Source of the DNA: Cellvibrionales bacterium
GTDB lineage: Bacteria; Pseudomonadota; Gammaproteobacteria; Pseudomonadales; JAHEIH01
Direction: 5' to 3'
Assembly (NCBI GenBank): GCA_024639455.1
Contig: JAHEIH010000027.1
Location: 178,822 to 242,821 of the forward strand
Length of the DNA: 64,000 bases
The position numbers and the translations under genes were made by a program. Shown piece by piece: positions 19,239-28,802 of the stretch. Within the stretch, counting starts at the first letter, position 1; every line of letters begins with the position of its first letter. A model generated the notes under the pieces. It saw nothing but the letters and a program-made list of their open reading frames with translations. It was not told the origin of the DNA and searched no databases.

Positions 19239-20666
19239 TTAAGCCTTCGGCACGCGGATCGCGACGTTTTTGGTACGCACATAGCTATACAGTGCTTGCT
19301 GGCCTTTTTCTCGACCAAACCCAGACAAGCCGATGCCGCCAAAGGGTGTTTCAATACCTCCAGCATACCACTCATTAACAAACACCTGACCCGCCTGAAG
19401 GGCACGACTTGCGCGCATGGCGCGACCTAAGTCGCGGGTAAAGACACCAGCGACTAAGCCATATTCCGTGGCATTTGCTAAGGCATAGGCTTCCTCTTCA
19501 CTATCAAAAGGCGTGATCGCCAACACCGGACCAAATACTTCCTGGCAAAACAATTCCGTGCCCGGTGCAACATCGGCAAATACCGTAGGCGCCACATAAT
19601 AGCCGTCGCCTATCTGTGCCTTGCCCCCCGTAAGCAGGCGAGCGCCGTCTTGGTTGGCCCGCTCGCACATGTCAAGCACGCGTTGCTGTTGCTGCGCGGA
19701 AATGAGCGGCGTGAAATTCACACTGTCGCTACCCATTTTTTCAGCAAACGTAATCACCCGAGCCAATACTTGATCATAGATATCACGCTGGACCAGCATG
19801 CGCGACATCGCCGAGCACACCTGACCGCCATTAAAGAAAATGCCCCAGCGCACACTGTCCATCAAGTTATCGAGATCCGCATCGGCAAACACCACCGCCG
19901 CAGATTTGCCGCCCAATTCCATGACGCAAGGCGTAGCGCGATCGGCAGCCGCCCGCAGAATTGCCTGACCCGTAGGGACGGAGCCGGTAAATACAATCTG
20001 ATCCACCTCGCGATGAGCGACCAAAGCGGCTCCCGTTTCGTGGCCATAACCGCACAGAATGCTCAACGCTCCCTCGGGTAAGCCAGCTCGCTGACACGCG
20101 GTGGCAATCATAGTGATTGCTAGCGGCGTATTTTCGGGGGATTTCACAACCACCGCACAACCCGCCGCCAAGGCAGGTGCCAAAGAGCGCGCGCAGATAT
20201 CGACCGGAAAATTCCAAGGCACAATCTGCACCGACACGCCCATCGGCTCATAGTAGGTAAAATCGACATAATCTTCCCCTAGCGGGATCGACGTGCCTTC
20301 AATTTTGTCGGCCATACCGGCGTAGTAATCGAAATAGCGTGCAGCGATAGCAAATTCTTCTTGGGCATCTGCCAGGCTTTTACCGTTTTCTCGCGCCAAC
20401 AACGCGCCGCCTTGCTCGACCATTTGTTCAAGCTCACGCGCAATACGGCGCAGTAAGGCCGCCCGCTCAAGCGGGCGATGGCGGGTTAATTCACCCTTAT
20501 TAACGCATGCACGAGCGGCTACCATAGCAGCATCGATATCGGTATCAGAGGCACAAGCGATTGAAGCAAACACCTTGCCCGAGGACGGATCTTCCACCTC
20601 AATATGACGCTCTGCATCAAGCCACTCGCCCGCCACGAAGTTAAGCCAGTGTGTTTTTTCAGACAT
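19239..20666 (-). CDS. NAD(P)-dependent aldehyde dehydrogenase
   Basis: VMELGGKSAAVVF (catalytic Glu region) and FFNGGQVCSAMSR (catalytic Cys). The ATG at 20666 overlaps the TGA stop of the upstream Rieske gene by 8 nt. Confidence 0.85.
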   Translation of the reverse strand: MSEKTHWLNFVAGEWLDAERHIEVEDPSSGKVFASIACASDTDIDAAMVAARACVNKGELTRHRPLERAALLRRIARELEQMVEQGGALLARENGKSLADAQEEFAIAARYFDYYAGMADKIEGTSIPLGEDYVDFTYYEPMGVSVQIVPWNFPVDICARSLAPALAAGCAVVVKSPENTPLAITMIATACQRAGLPEGALSILCGYGHETGAALVAHREVDQIVFTGSVPTGQAILRAAADRATPCVMELGGKSAAVVFADADLDNLMDSVRWGIFFNGGQVCSAMSRMLVQRDIYDQVLARVITFAEKMGSDSVNFTPLISAQQQQRVLDMCERANQDGARLLTGGKAQIGDGYYVAPTVFADVAPGTELFCQEVFGPVLAITPFDSEEEAYALANATEYGLVAGVFTRDLGRAMRASRALQAGQVFVNEWYAGGIETPFGGIGLSGFGREKGQQALYSYVRTKNVAIRVPKA

Positions 20667-21846
20667 TAGCGGCATCCTTAGCATACAAATTAGCTATCCA
20701 ATTGTGAAAATGGTGGGTCGGTCCATCCAGCACAGGAGAGAATACCCCCCCTTTGAACCCAGGGGATCGACGGCCGCGTTGCATGCCCTCAACCGCAAAT
20801 ACATCCTCGCCAAACACCACCTTCCAACTATTTAGCACCGCCGCTCGACAGGCCTCATAGGCATCGCCCACTGCCTCGCTGCCGACATATCCCAACTGGA
20901 GTTTTTCTAGCGTGCGATTATTGGCTTCAGGTTGCAAAATGATAGCGAAGAAATGGTCGGCTTGAACGCCGAGTAGGACATTGGGATAGAGCGAGATATA
21001 TTCCGCTTGGCGCAATTTTTCTTCAGGCCATTCGGGGAACTGGGGTAGCGATGTTCCGGCCACATCCGCCAAGTTATAGGTCAACGTCCCCTGGCCTGAC
21101 ATATTGTCATTTACGATCAGGTTGTAATGCTGATCAAGTGGCGAATAGGTATTCAACGCGGGGTGTACCCAAGGTAAGTGATAGGCCTCGCAGTAATTTT
21201 CAACCGCCAACTTCCAATTCGCATCTACCGTTAATTCCATGTGACTTTCAGTGTTGGCGACCCTAAGATGCTCCATACCGTGTTTACCGGTAAATTGTTC
21301 CCAACGCGCTTCTAAGGGTGCAATGAAGTCTGTGAATGTTTCGGCTGCGCCTGACAAGTTAATGAATACAATGTCATTCCACACCGCCGAACGCACTTCT
21401 TTAAGGCCATGCTTTTCGCAAGCAAAACCTTCTGCTTCGTGCTGGCCCACACCGCCAATATGAGGCGTCGCCACAAGGTGGCCATCCAGATCGTAACTCC
21501 AGGAGTGATAGGGGCAGCGAACCAAACGTTTCACCTCGGTTTCTTCACGCACCAAAATCATGCCACGATGACTGCAAATATTGTGGAACACCTTTAGCGT
21601 GCCCTCGCGGTTGCGCATCACCACTAAAGGCAAACCCATAAAGTCAATCGGCTTAGCAGCACCTACATTAGGGATTTCGCTGGCGAACAACAATCCTGCC
21701 CAGGCACGCCCCAACACATTATCGCGTTCATATTCAAACAACTGAGGATCATCGTAGGCGGCATTAGGCATACCATTGGCCATTTCGATGGGCGACCGAA
21801 CCGCATCCAGAGACACGAGAGGAATTTGATGTTTTGAAGACGACAT
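20659..21846 (-). CDS. Rieske [2Fe-2S] non-haem-iron oxygenase alpha subunit (GbcA / CntA / choline-monooxygenase-like family)
   Basis: Rieske motif CSHRG...CPYHSWSY and a C-terminal catalytic domain. I prefer the ATG at 21846 over the TTG at 21867. Confidence 0.8.
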   Translation of the reverse strand: MSSSKHQIPLVSLDAVRSPIEMANGMPNAAYDDPQLFEYERDNVLGRAWAGLLFASEIPNVGAAKPIDFMGLPLVVMRNREGTLKVFHNICSHRGMILVREETEVKRLVRCPYHSWSYDLDGHLVATPHIGGVGQHEAEGFACEKHGLKEVRSAVWNDIVFINLSGAAETFTDFIAPLEARWEQFTGKHGMEHLRVANTESHMELTVDANWKLAVENYCEAYHLPWVHPALNTYSPLDQHYNLIVNDNMSGQGTLTYNLADVAGTSLPQFPEWPEEKLRQAEYISLYPNVLLGVQADHFFAIILQPEANNRTLEKLQLGYVGSEAVGDAYEACRAAVLNSWKVVFGEDVFAVEGMQRGRRSPGFKGGVFSPVLDGPTHHFHNWIANLYAKDAANV

Positions 21847-21959
21847 AACCGAATAACCTAGTGGCAAGTTGTTTATAATTTGAACACATAGTATTGATAT
21901 TAAGATCTTGTCGACAAACGACTTTTTCGGCTATATGTTATGAAAAAAATTCATGCATA

Positions 21960-22883
21960 ATGGCCTCGATAATGAAACAACGACCACTGCCACCGCTAAA
22001 CAGTCTCGTGGCCTTTGAATCTGCCGCCCGGCTGCTCAATTTCACTCTAGCTGCGCACGAGCTAAGCCTAACTCAAAGCGCTATAAGCAAATCTATCCGC
22101 CAGCTTGAAAGCTACCTGGGTCGCCCGCTGTTTGTGCGCGAAAAGCGGGCGTTAGCGCTAACCCCAACCGGCATCAGCTACTACGACACAGTGCATCAAG
22201 CGCTGCTACAAATATCGCTGGCCACCCGCGACATTGTGCAGTGGCAAGGAGAGCAGCAAGTCACCGTCATGACCAGTAATGCCATGGCCTCGTTTTGGCT
22301 ACTCCCCAAAATTGGCGAGTTTCAAGATCAGCACCCTGATATTGAATTGCGCATCATGTCAACCGACTCGATGAGCAACGTACGATTCAGTGAATTTGAT
22401 GTGGCACTGTTCTATTGCCGAACACCCCCTGAGGGACTCGCCGCTACACCGCTGTTTAACGAAGCCGTGTTTCCAGTGTGCAGCCCTGGCTACAAGGAAA
22501 AAATTTCACCCTTAAACACGCCAGAAGACCTGTTAAAAGCCACATTGCTGTCGCTAGAAATCAATGAAGAATGGATCACATGGGGCGATTGGTGCAAAGA
22601 GACCATACCCAATTACGTCGCCAGCAAAACCCGCAACATCAACATGAACAACTACCTGCTGGTGATACAAGCCGCTCTCAACGGCCAAGGTGTTGCTCTA
22701 GGCTGGGAACATTTGGTTGATGATTACCTCGATAGTGGTTTGCTGGTAAAAGCTACCGAACAGCGCCTAATGACTCAATCTCAGTTTTATATGATTGAGC
22801 CGACCCTCGAAAGTCGACCAAAAGCCGGGGTGGAACAATTTAAGCGATGGCTTCTCTCTCAGCTAAAACACGACAAGCTATAA
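21960..22883 (+). CDS. LysR-family regulator (GcvA-like), divergent from the Rieske-sox operon
   Basis: LNSLVAFESAARLLNFTLAAHELSLTQSAISKSIRQLE helix-turn-helix. The start is ATG 21960 or ATG 21972. Confidence 0.8.
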   Translation: MASIMKQRPLPPLNSLVAFESAARLLNFTLAAHELSLTQSAISKSIRQLESYLGRPLFVREKRALALTPTGISYYDTVHQALLQISLATRDIVQWQGEQQVTVMTSNAMASFWLLPKIGEFQDQHPDIELRIMSTDSMSNVRFSEFDVALFYCRTPPEGLAATPLFNEAVFPVCSPGYKEKISPLNTPEDLLKATLLSLEINEEWITWGDWCKETIPNYVASKTRNINMNNYLLVIQAALNGQGVALGWEHLVDDYLDSGLLVKATEQRLMTQSQFYMIEPTLESRPKAGVEQFKRWLLSQLKHDKL

Positions 22884-22894
22884 TATTGGGCACC

Positions 22895-23782
22895 TTACCC
22901 TGCTTGCACCGACACTAAAAACGCTCTCGCCACCGGCGACAATGGGCGCGACTGCCGATAGACCAAGTACCAGCGACTTGAGATATCCAGCCCAACCACG
23001 TTGATCTGCGCTACACCTTCGCTGCCACCATGGCTAAGCACATGCTCACTAACAATACCTAGCCCCAAACCCGACATCACGGTGTGCTTGATCGCTTCGT
23101 TGCTCTCGATGGTCATGCGCACATTTAATTCAATACCGCGCTCGGCGCAAAACTGCTCGATAGATAGTCGGGTACCCGAGCCGGCTTCGCGCATCAGCAG
23201 CGGCTCTTTGCAAAACTCTTCTAAACTCAAATGCTGTCGTTTAGCAAAGGGGTGGTTCAACGGCGCAATCGCCACCAAACGGTTATTGAGCATAGGGACG
23301 GTGGCTAACTCGCTATCTTTGGGCGGATGGCTGAATACGTAAAAATCATCCATGTCGGCTGCGGCTCGTGCAATGATCTGTTGCCGGTTGCCTAGGTTGA
23401 ATTGAAACTCAATACTGGGGTGGGTCTCGCTAAACTCACCCACCATGTAGGGAATAAAATACTTAGCTGTGGTCACTAGGCCCAAAGACAGCGCTCCCTG
23501 TTCAATGCCTTTCAACTGGGTAACGCGCCGCCCCAAATCGTAGTAGTCGGTAAGCAGCCGGCGTGCGTGTTCCACTACCATTTTGCCGCCCTCGGTAAAC
23601 TTGATCTGCCGCCCTTGCTGGTAGGTCAGGTCAATACCCAGGGTTTCCTGCAGTTTATTAAGCTGCATGGTCACGCTGGGCTGGGTCAAAAATAACCTTT
23701 CCGAAGCGCGGGTCACGCTGCCCTCATCGAACACAGCCACCAAAATCTCAAATTGCCGTAGCGTTCCTAGATACTTATCCAT
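22895..23782 (-). CDS. LysR-family regulator, divergent from the SbtA-like/purEK operon
   Basis: LRQFEILVAVFDEGSVTRASERLFLTQPSVTMQLNKLQ helix-turn-helix. 295 aa. Confidence 0.85.
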   Translation of the reverse strand: MDKYLGTLRQFEILVAVFDEGSVTRASERLFLTQPSVTMQLNKLQETLGIDLTYQQGRQIKFTEGGKMVVEHARRLLTDYYDLGRRVTQLKGIEQGALSLGLVTTAKYFIPYMVGEFSETHPSIEFQFNLGNRQQIIARAAADMDDFYVFSHPPKDSELATVPMLNNRLVAIAPLNHPFAKRQHLSLEEFCKEPLLMREAGSGTRLSIEQFCAERGIELNVRMTIESNEAIKHTVMSGLGLGIVSEHVLSHGGSEGVAQINVVGLDISSRWYLVYRQSRPLSPVARAFLVSVQAG

Positions 23783-23783
23783 A

Positions 23784-23805
23784 ATTATTTATCTATACAA
23801 ATAAT
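23784..23805. promoter_or_regulatory. Candidate LysR-type operator (inverted repeat with a T-N11-A core) in the divergent intergenic region
   Basis: ATTATTT-N8-AAATAAT dyad immediately upstream of the LysR start, in a 90-bp A/T-rich region. Confidence 0.3.
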
Positions 23806-23872
23806 AGTAATTATTGATTTTTATTTATGTTTTGCAAGAGATAAATTAGTTTCTACAACATCGGAGGTCACT

Positions 23873-24058
23873 ATGAATACTCGCCAAATGCTTTTTTCAT
23901 TGTTTGTTGGTTTTGCGCTAGTATTGATCGGTTCGCAACTGAGCACTCTGGTTCCCGCGGTAAGTACTATGCAGTGGGCTGGTGCGGCACTGGTGGCGGC
24001 CACCGCTCTGAATGTTAGCTGGCAGTACTTCTCACCAGCCTTAGCGCGAGCGAAATAA
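23873..24058 (+). CDS. Small (61 aa) two-helix membrane protein, first gene of the SbtA-like/purEK operon
   Basis: GGAGG RBS 6 nt before the ATG. Two hydrophobic helices. The stop lies 3 nt before the next start. I recognise no family. Confidence 0.45.
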   Translation: MNTRQMLFSLFVGFALVLIGSQLSTLVPAVSTMQWAGAALVAATALNVSWQYFSPALARAK

Positions 24059-24061
24059 CCT

Positions 24062-24997
24062 ATGCAACTAGACATCGTCGTCGGATTTTTCATCTTCGGC
24101 GTGATCGCTGAGCTTCTTCGCAGCGATATGCGCCTCCCCGAATCCCTCTATAAGAGCTGCACCATCTTTCTACTGCTCGCCATCGGTCTAAAAGGGGGCC
24201 ACGCCCTCGCTGAAAGTGACTGGCGTGACGTCATCGGCAAATCCGCTCTAGTGATCGCCTTCGGCGCCATGCTTCCTCTGCTCGCCTTCCCCATCTTGCG
24301 CTATATCGGCGGCCTGCCACGCATTGACGCCGCCTCCACCGCCGCCCACTACGGCTCGGTGAGTGTCGCTACTTATGCGGTGGCCGTCGCGCTGGCCGAA
24401 TCCATTAACTTAGAATATGAGCCATATTTGCCGCTGTTTGTGGCGCTGCTAGAAGTCCCCGCTATTTTCACCGGCATCCTACTCGCCAAGCCCAATTTCT
24501 GGCGAGATGAGAACCGCGGCGAAGTGCTGCACGAGATCTTTTTGAACCAAGGTGTGGTGCTGTTAATCGGCGGAATTATCCTCGGCGCATGGGCCGGTGA
24601 TCGCATTGATCGCGTAATGCCGTTTTTCGGCGGGCTTTTTCACGGTATACTTGCTCTTTTCCTGCTGGAAATGGGTAGACAAGCCGCGACACGCCTAGAA
24701 GCTATAAAGCGCTACGGCCTGTTTTTAACGTCATTTGGTGTGTTTATGCCGCTAGTAGGAGCCAGCCTCGCTTGGGCATTAGCACAATTTATGAACCTCA
24801 GTGCTGGGGGAGCATTCCTATTGATGGTACTTGGCAGCAGTGCCTCGTACATCGCCGTTCCCGCCGCCATGAGAAGTGCACTCCCCAAGGCAGACGCTGG
24901 ATTAAGTATTACCGCCTCATTGGCGATAACTTTTCCGTTTAACGTATTGGTAGCCATCCCAGTCTACCTCGCCCTGGCAATGGGAGATATTCTATGA
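24062..24997 (+). CDS. Sodium-dependent bicarbonate transporter family permease (SbtA-like, Sbt_1/DUF897 type)
   Basis: 311 aa polytopic protein. The N-terminus [31 protein letters not shown]...[10 protein letters not shown] is typical of this family. Its stop overlaps the purE start (ATGA). Confidence 0.75.
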   Translation: MQLDIVVGFFIFGVIAELLRSDMRLPESLYKSCTIFLLLAIGLKGGHALAESDWRDVIGKSALVIAFGAMLPLLAFPILRYIGGLPRIDAASTAAHYGSVSVATYAVAVALAESINLEYEPYLPLFVALLEVPAIFTGILLAKPNFWRDENRGEVLHEIFLNQGVVLLIGGIILGAWAGDRIDRVMPFFGGLFHGILALFLLEMGRQAATRLEAIKRYGLFLTSFGVFMPLVGASLAWALAQFMNLSAGGAFLLMVLGSSASYIAVPAAMRSALPKADAGLSITASLAITFPFNVLVAIPVYLALAMGDIL

Positions 24998-25485
24998 CAT
25001 CGCTTGACTTCGCCCCTGTGACAATCATCATGGGTTCGCGCTCTGACTGGCCCACTATGCAAGAGGCCACAAACCCCCTGCGCGAACTGGGCGTTGAATT
25101 TGCGACAAACGTGGTATCCGCGCATCGCACCCCCGACCGCTTAGCCCACTTCGCCAAGAGCGCCAAAGAGCAAGGTGTGAAAGTGGTAATCGCCGGTGCA
25201 GGCGGTGCAGCGCACCTACCAGGGATGGCGGCGGCTATGACCCCCTTACCCGTGCTCGGCGTGCCTGTAAAAAGTAAGTTTAATGACGGCCTAGACAGTT
25301 TGATGTCGATCGTGCAAATGCCCCGCGGTATTGCGGTAGGCACGTTGGCAGTAGGCGGCGCCGGTGCCTATAACGCTGGCCTGATGGCGGCGCAAATTCT
25401 TTCTTTGAGCGACCCTGCCTTGGCCGAGCGCCTCGACGCCTGGCGTCAAAAACAAACCGACGGTGTACCGGTCGAGGTTGAATAA
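24994..25485 (+). CDS. purE: N5-carboxyaminoimidazole ribonucleotide mutase (class I PurE)
   Basis: [12 protein letters not shown]...SAHRTPDRL...[12 protein letters not shown] motifs. Confidence 0.95.
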   Translation: MTSLDFAPVTIIMGSRSDWPTMQEATNPLRELGVEFATNVVSAHRTPDRLAHFAKSAKEQGVKVVIAGAGGAAHLPGMAAAMTPLPVLGVPVKSKFNDGLDSLMSIVQMPRGIAVGTLAVGGAGAYNAGLMAAQILSLSDPALAERLDAWRQKQTDGVPVEVE

Positions 25486-26591
25486 TGCACATTGCTGTCT
25501 ACGGCTGCGGCCAACTCGCACAAATGATGATCCAGGCTGCGCAACCGCTCGGCCACACGGCTAGCTTTATCCGCGAGGACGGCGAAGACACCGTTTGCGT
25601 GAAAGACCTGGGCAACATTGTGTTGCGCAGCGAATTAACTAGCGATGACGCCCTGAAGGCGTTTTTGGCCGACGTCGACGTGATGACGGTTGAAAAAGAA
25701 CAGGTCAACCTCGAATTCCTGCGCCGCTGCGCTCAATTCGTGACCGTGCACCCCAACCCCAACGCAGTAGAAATCTGTGGCGACCGCTGGAAAGAGAAGA
25801 GCACACTGCGCTCGCTCGACATCCCCGTCACTGATTTTTTCGACTACGCCAACCCACCGGTCGAACCCACCCATAGCCCCTTGGGATACATCGCCAAAAG
25901 CTGCCGCGACGGCTACGACGGTAAGCACCAACACCGAGTAAAAACGTGGGACGAACTGGCGCAACTGCCGCTGCAAGGGGTGGCCTTAGGCGACTGGATC
26001 GTCGAGGCCATGGTGCCGTTTGACTTCGAATTTTCGGTGGTCGGCTGTCGTGACCAAGCCGGCAACATCGCCATGTATTCGGCGATTGAAAACGAACACG
26101 TAGACGGAATTCTTCGCCGTTCAGTAACCCCATCCAACCGCCTACCTGTTGGCTTGCGACTAGAGGCTGAAACCTACCTCAGCCGCCTGCTCGACCACTG
26201 GGGCTACGTTGGCGTGCTAACCATGGAATGCTTCGCCGTTAATGGCAGCATGATGGTAAACGAACTGGCACCCCGCGTGCACAACAGCGGCCACTGGAGC
26301 ATGTTCAATACCGCCGCGTCGCAGTTTGAAAACCACATCCGCGGCGTCACGGGTATGATACTCACCGAACCCACCTACCAAGGGGTGCGGGGTATGCTCA
26401 ACCTGGTGGGCAGCGACGATATTCCCGCTGTAGCCAAAGATAACCCCGATATCAGCGTGGTACTGTACGGAAAAAGTGTTCGCCCTGGTCGAAAAGTGGG
26501 GCATATTAACGTGCAGAATGACGATCCTGGGGTGGTTAAAAAACTGCTAGATCAGCTTGAAGCGGCGGTTTATCCCTCAGCCGATGGTTAA
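25485..26591 (+). CDS. purK: N5-carboxyaminoimidazole ribonucleotide synthetase (ATP-grasp)
   Basis: ELAPRVHNSGHW motif. TAATG overlap with purE. 368 aa. Confidence 0.9.
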   Translation: MHIAVYGCGQLAQMMIQAAQPLGHTASFIREDGEDTVCVKDLGNIVLRSELTSDDALKAFLADVDVMTVEKEQVNLEFLRRCAQFVTVHPNPNAVEICGDRWKEKSTLRSLDIPVTDFFDYANPPVEPTHSPLGYIAKSCRDGYDGKHQHRVKTWDELAQLPLQGVALGDWIVEAMVPFDFEFSVVGCRDQAGNIAMYSAIENEHVDGILRRSVTPSNRLPVGLRLEAETYLSRLLDHWGYVGVLTMECFAVNGSMMVNELAPRVHNSGHWSMFNTAASQFENHIRGVTGMILTEPTYQGVRGMLNLVGSDDIPAVAKDNPDISVVLYGKSVRPGRKVGHINVQNDDPGVVKKLLDQLEAAVYPSADG

Positions 26592-26624
26592 TGATGCTTG
26601 TAGGCAAAGCGAGCGCTTTAAACA

Positions 26625-26999
26625 TTACGATACAGGGCTGAAAAACCGATGTAAGTGCGTTTGGCGAATGGCGAAGCGATACTTGCTCATTTCAGCCAGT
26701 CGCGTACTGGAAATAATGACACGGCAAAGTCGGTTATCACTCTCAACAATCGTCGCCACTTCAACGCCAATAAATTCACTACTCATCAGCAACTGAAAGA
26801 CCGCTTTACCGAGTTGGTATTCAGGTAGCTCGGGGGGCATATAATTCACAACCACGTCGGATGTTAAAGAACGGCCGCCCACTAAAAGCTGGTAAAGATC
26901 CGAGGCGACGTAACGTGCGATGGCACTAGGCCGATCGGTAATCCGGGTGGCGTTTTCAACACTTGCAACGATTGTATCTAAGGTTTCTGATGACCGCAT
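26625..26999 (-). CDS. Hypothetical protein (124 aa)
   Basis: The ORF is trimmed to the ATG at 26999 because the longer 186-aa form would overlap the ahpF 3' end. I recognise no motif. Confidence 0.35.
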   Translation of the reverse strand: MRSSETLDTIVASVENATRITDRPSAIARYVASDLYQLLVGGRSLTSDVVVNYMPPELPEYQLGKAVFQLLMSSEFIGVEVATIVESDNRLCRVIISSTRLAEMSKYRFAIRQTHLHRFFSPVS

Positions 27000-27153
27000 A
27001 AACCAACACCCTCTTCGTGTATATAACTTGATAGTAGACACGTTGAGGGGGGCTGGAAGATGAAAAACCCTGCACGCAGAGTTGGAAGGTTTAAGCGCTG
27101 CGGGAGCAAGCTGCACCAGCAAGCTCCCATAAGGTGTGGTAAATAACGCGTGA

Positions 27154-28737
27154 CTACGCCGCTTCTGCCTGCCCAGCAGGTTCATGCACAGGTGTCTTCA
27201 GCAGGTATTCAAACGCCGACAGTGAGGCTTTTGCACCTTCGCCCATGGCGATGACGATCTGCTTGAAGGGCACGGTGGTCACGTCACCGCAGGCGTAAAT
27301 ACCGTCAGCCGAGGTGTGGCACTTCTCGTCAATCACAATTTCACCGTGCTTGGTGGTGTCGACCACCTCTTTCACGAACTGGCTATTGGGCACCAGACCG
27401 ATCTGTACGAACACCCCGGCCAACTCAACGCGCTTGGCTTCGCCGCTGGCGCGGTCGGTGTAGTTCAATCCATCCACCATGCCGTTGGCCGCCGTTACTT
27501 CAGTGGTTTGGGCGTTGGTAATAATCGTGATGTTGTCACGCCTCTTGGCCTGATCAACCAGTACTTGATCGGCGCGCAAGGTATCGGCGAACTCGAGTAC
27601 GGTGACCGATTTCACGATACCCGCCAAATCCAGCGCAGCTTCGATACCTGAGTTACCACCACCAATCACAGCAACGTCTTTGCCTTTGAAGAAGGGGCCG
27701 TCGCAGTGTGGGCAGTACGCCACGCCGTTGCCGATATTTTCTTTCTCGCCGGGCACACCCAGCTCTCTCCATCGTGCGCCAGTCGCTAAAATGACGCTGC
27801 GGCTTTCGATCACTTCACCCGAACTAAGAGTAATACGCTTCAGATCTCCCTGCTCGATACTGTCCACCTTGAGGTGTTCGCGCAGATTAATATCGTAAGC
27901 TTCCATGTGCTCGCGCAGGTTGCCCGACAGTTTAGGGCCGGTGGTTTCTTTCACCGAGATCAAGTTCTCGATACCCATGGTATCTTTCAACTGGCCACCG
28001 AAACGGTCTGCCACGATGGTCACCTTCAGGCCTTTGCGGGCACTGTAGATCGCCGCCGCCACACCCGCGGGGCCGCCACCAATAACGGTGACGTCTTGCA
28101 TAGGCAGGCTTTCTTTAGGGGCCGCTTTGACAGGGGCTACCGCCATAATTTTTTCTACCAACATGGCAGTATCGACCTTACCGTTGGCGAACAGTTCACC
28201 GTTCAGGTAAACCGCGGGCACGCCTTGCAAGTCGCGCTTTTGCACTTCATCTTGGAAAAGGCCACCGTCGATCATTTCGGAACGTATACGGGGATTCAAC
28301 AAGGCGAACTGATTAAGCGCCTGCACAACGTCGGGACAGTTATGGCAACTGAGGCTGACAAATACCTCAAAGTGCATGTCCTGCTCAACACCTTTAACCA
28401 ACTCGGCGACACTGGCATCAATTTTCATGTCTCGCCCACCGGCGTGCAGCATAGCTAACACCAGTGAGTTAAATTCGTGGCCGCCTGGAATACCCGAAAA
28501 GATCACACCGGTGGGTTGGCCATCGGCCAACAGGGTGAAACTAATGGGGCTGCGCAATGTGTCGGCCATATCGCGCTCTTCGAATGTCAGTTTATCTGAC
28601 ACGCTGCAAATCTTTGCTAAAAAATCGACCAACTCTGCGCGCTTGCTGTGGCTGCCTGTTTGCAGCACGAAGCTGACCGATTGTGTCATGCTTTCGGCAT
28701 AACTGGTTAAGGCTTTCAAAATATCGTTGTTCAACAT
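27154..28737 (-). CDS. ahpF: Alkyl hydroperoxide reductase subunit F
   Basis: N-terminal thioredoxin-like [21 protein letters not shown], and the redox CPHCDG. The start was moved to the ATG at 28737 ([10 protein letters not shown]), giving 527 aa. Confidence 0.92.
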   Translation of the reverse strand: MLNNDILKALTSYAESMTQSVSFVLQTGSHSKRAELVDFLAKICSVSDKLTFEERDMADTLRSPISFTLLADGQPTGVIFSGIPGGHEFNSLVLAMLHAGGRDMKIDASVAELVKGVEQDMHFEVFVSLSCHNCPDVVQALNQFALLNPRIRSEMIDGGLFQDEVQKRDLQGVPAVYLNGELFANGKVDTAMLVEKIMAVAPVKAAPKESLPMQDVTVIGGGPAGVAAAIYSARKGLKVTIVADRFGGQLKDTMGIENLISVKETTGPKLSGNLREHMEAYDINLREHLKVDSIEQGDLKRITLSSGEVIESRSVILATGARWRELGVPGEKENIGNGVAYCPHCDGPFFKGKDVAVIGGGNSGIEAALDLAGIVKSVTVLEFADTLRADQVLVDQAKRRDNITIITNAQTTEVTAANGMVDGLNYTDRASGEAKRVELAGVFVQIGLVPNSQFVKEVVDTTKHGEIVIDEKCHTSADGIYACGDVTTVPFKQIVIAMGEGAKASLSAFEYLLKTPVHEPAGQAEAA

Positions 28738-28767
28738 GCTAAACGCTCCTATTGCTTTGTCGACGTT

Positions 28768-28785
28768 GGGGTGCCGAAGCACCCC
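28768..28785 (-). promoter_or_regulatory. Intercistronic hairpin between ahpC and ahpF
   Basis: GGGGTGC-cgaa-GCACCCC perfect 7-bp stem. No T-run follows, so it is likely an attenuating or processing hairpin rather than a full terminator. Confidence 0.35.
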
Positions 28786-28802
28786 GAGGGAAGTCGTTGG
28801 GC

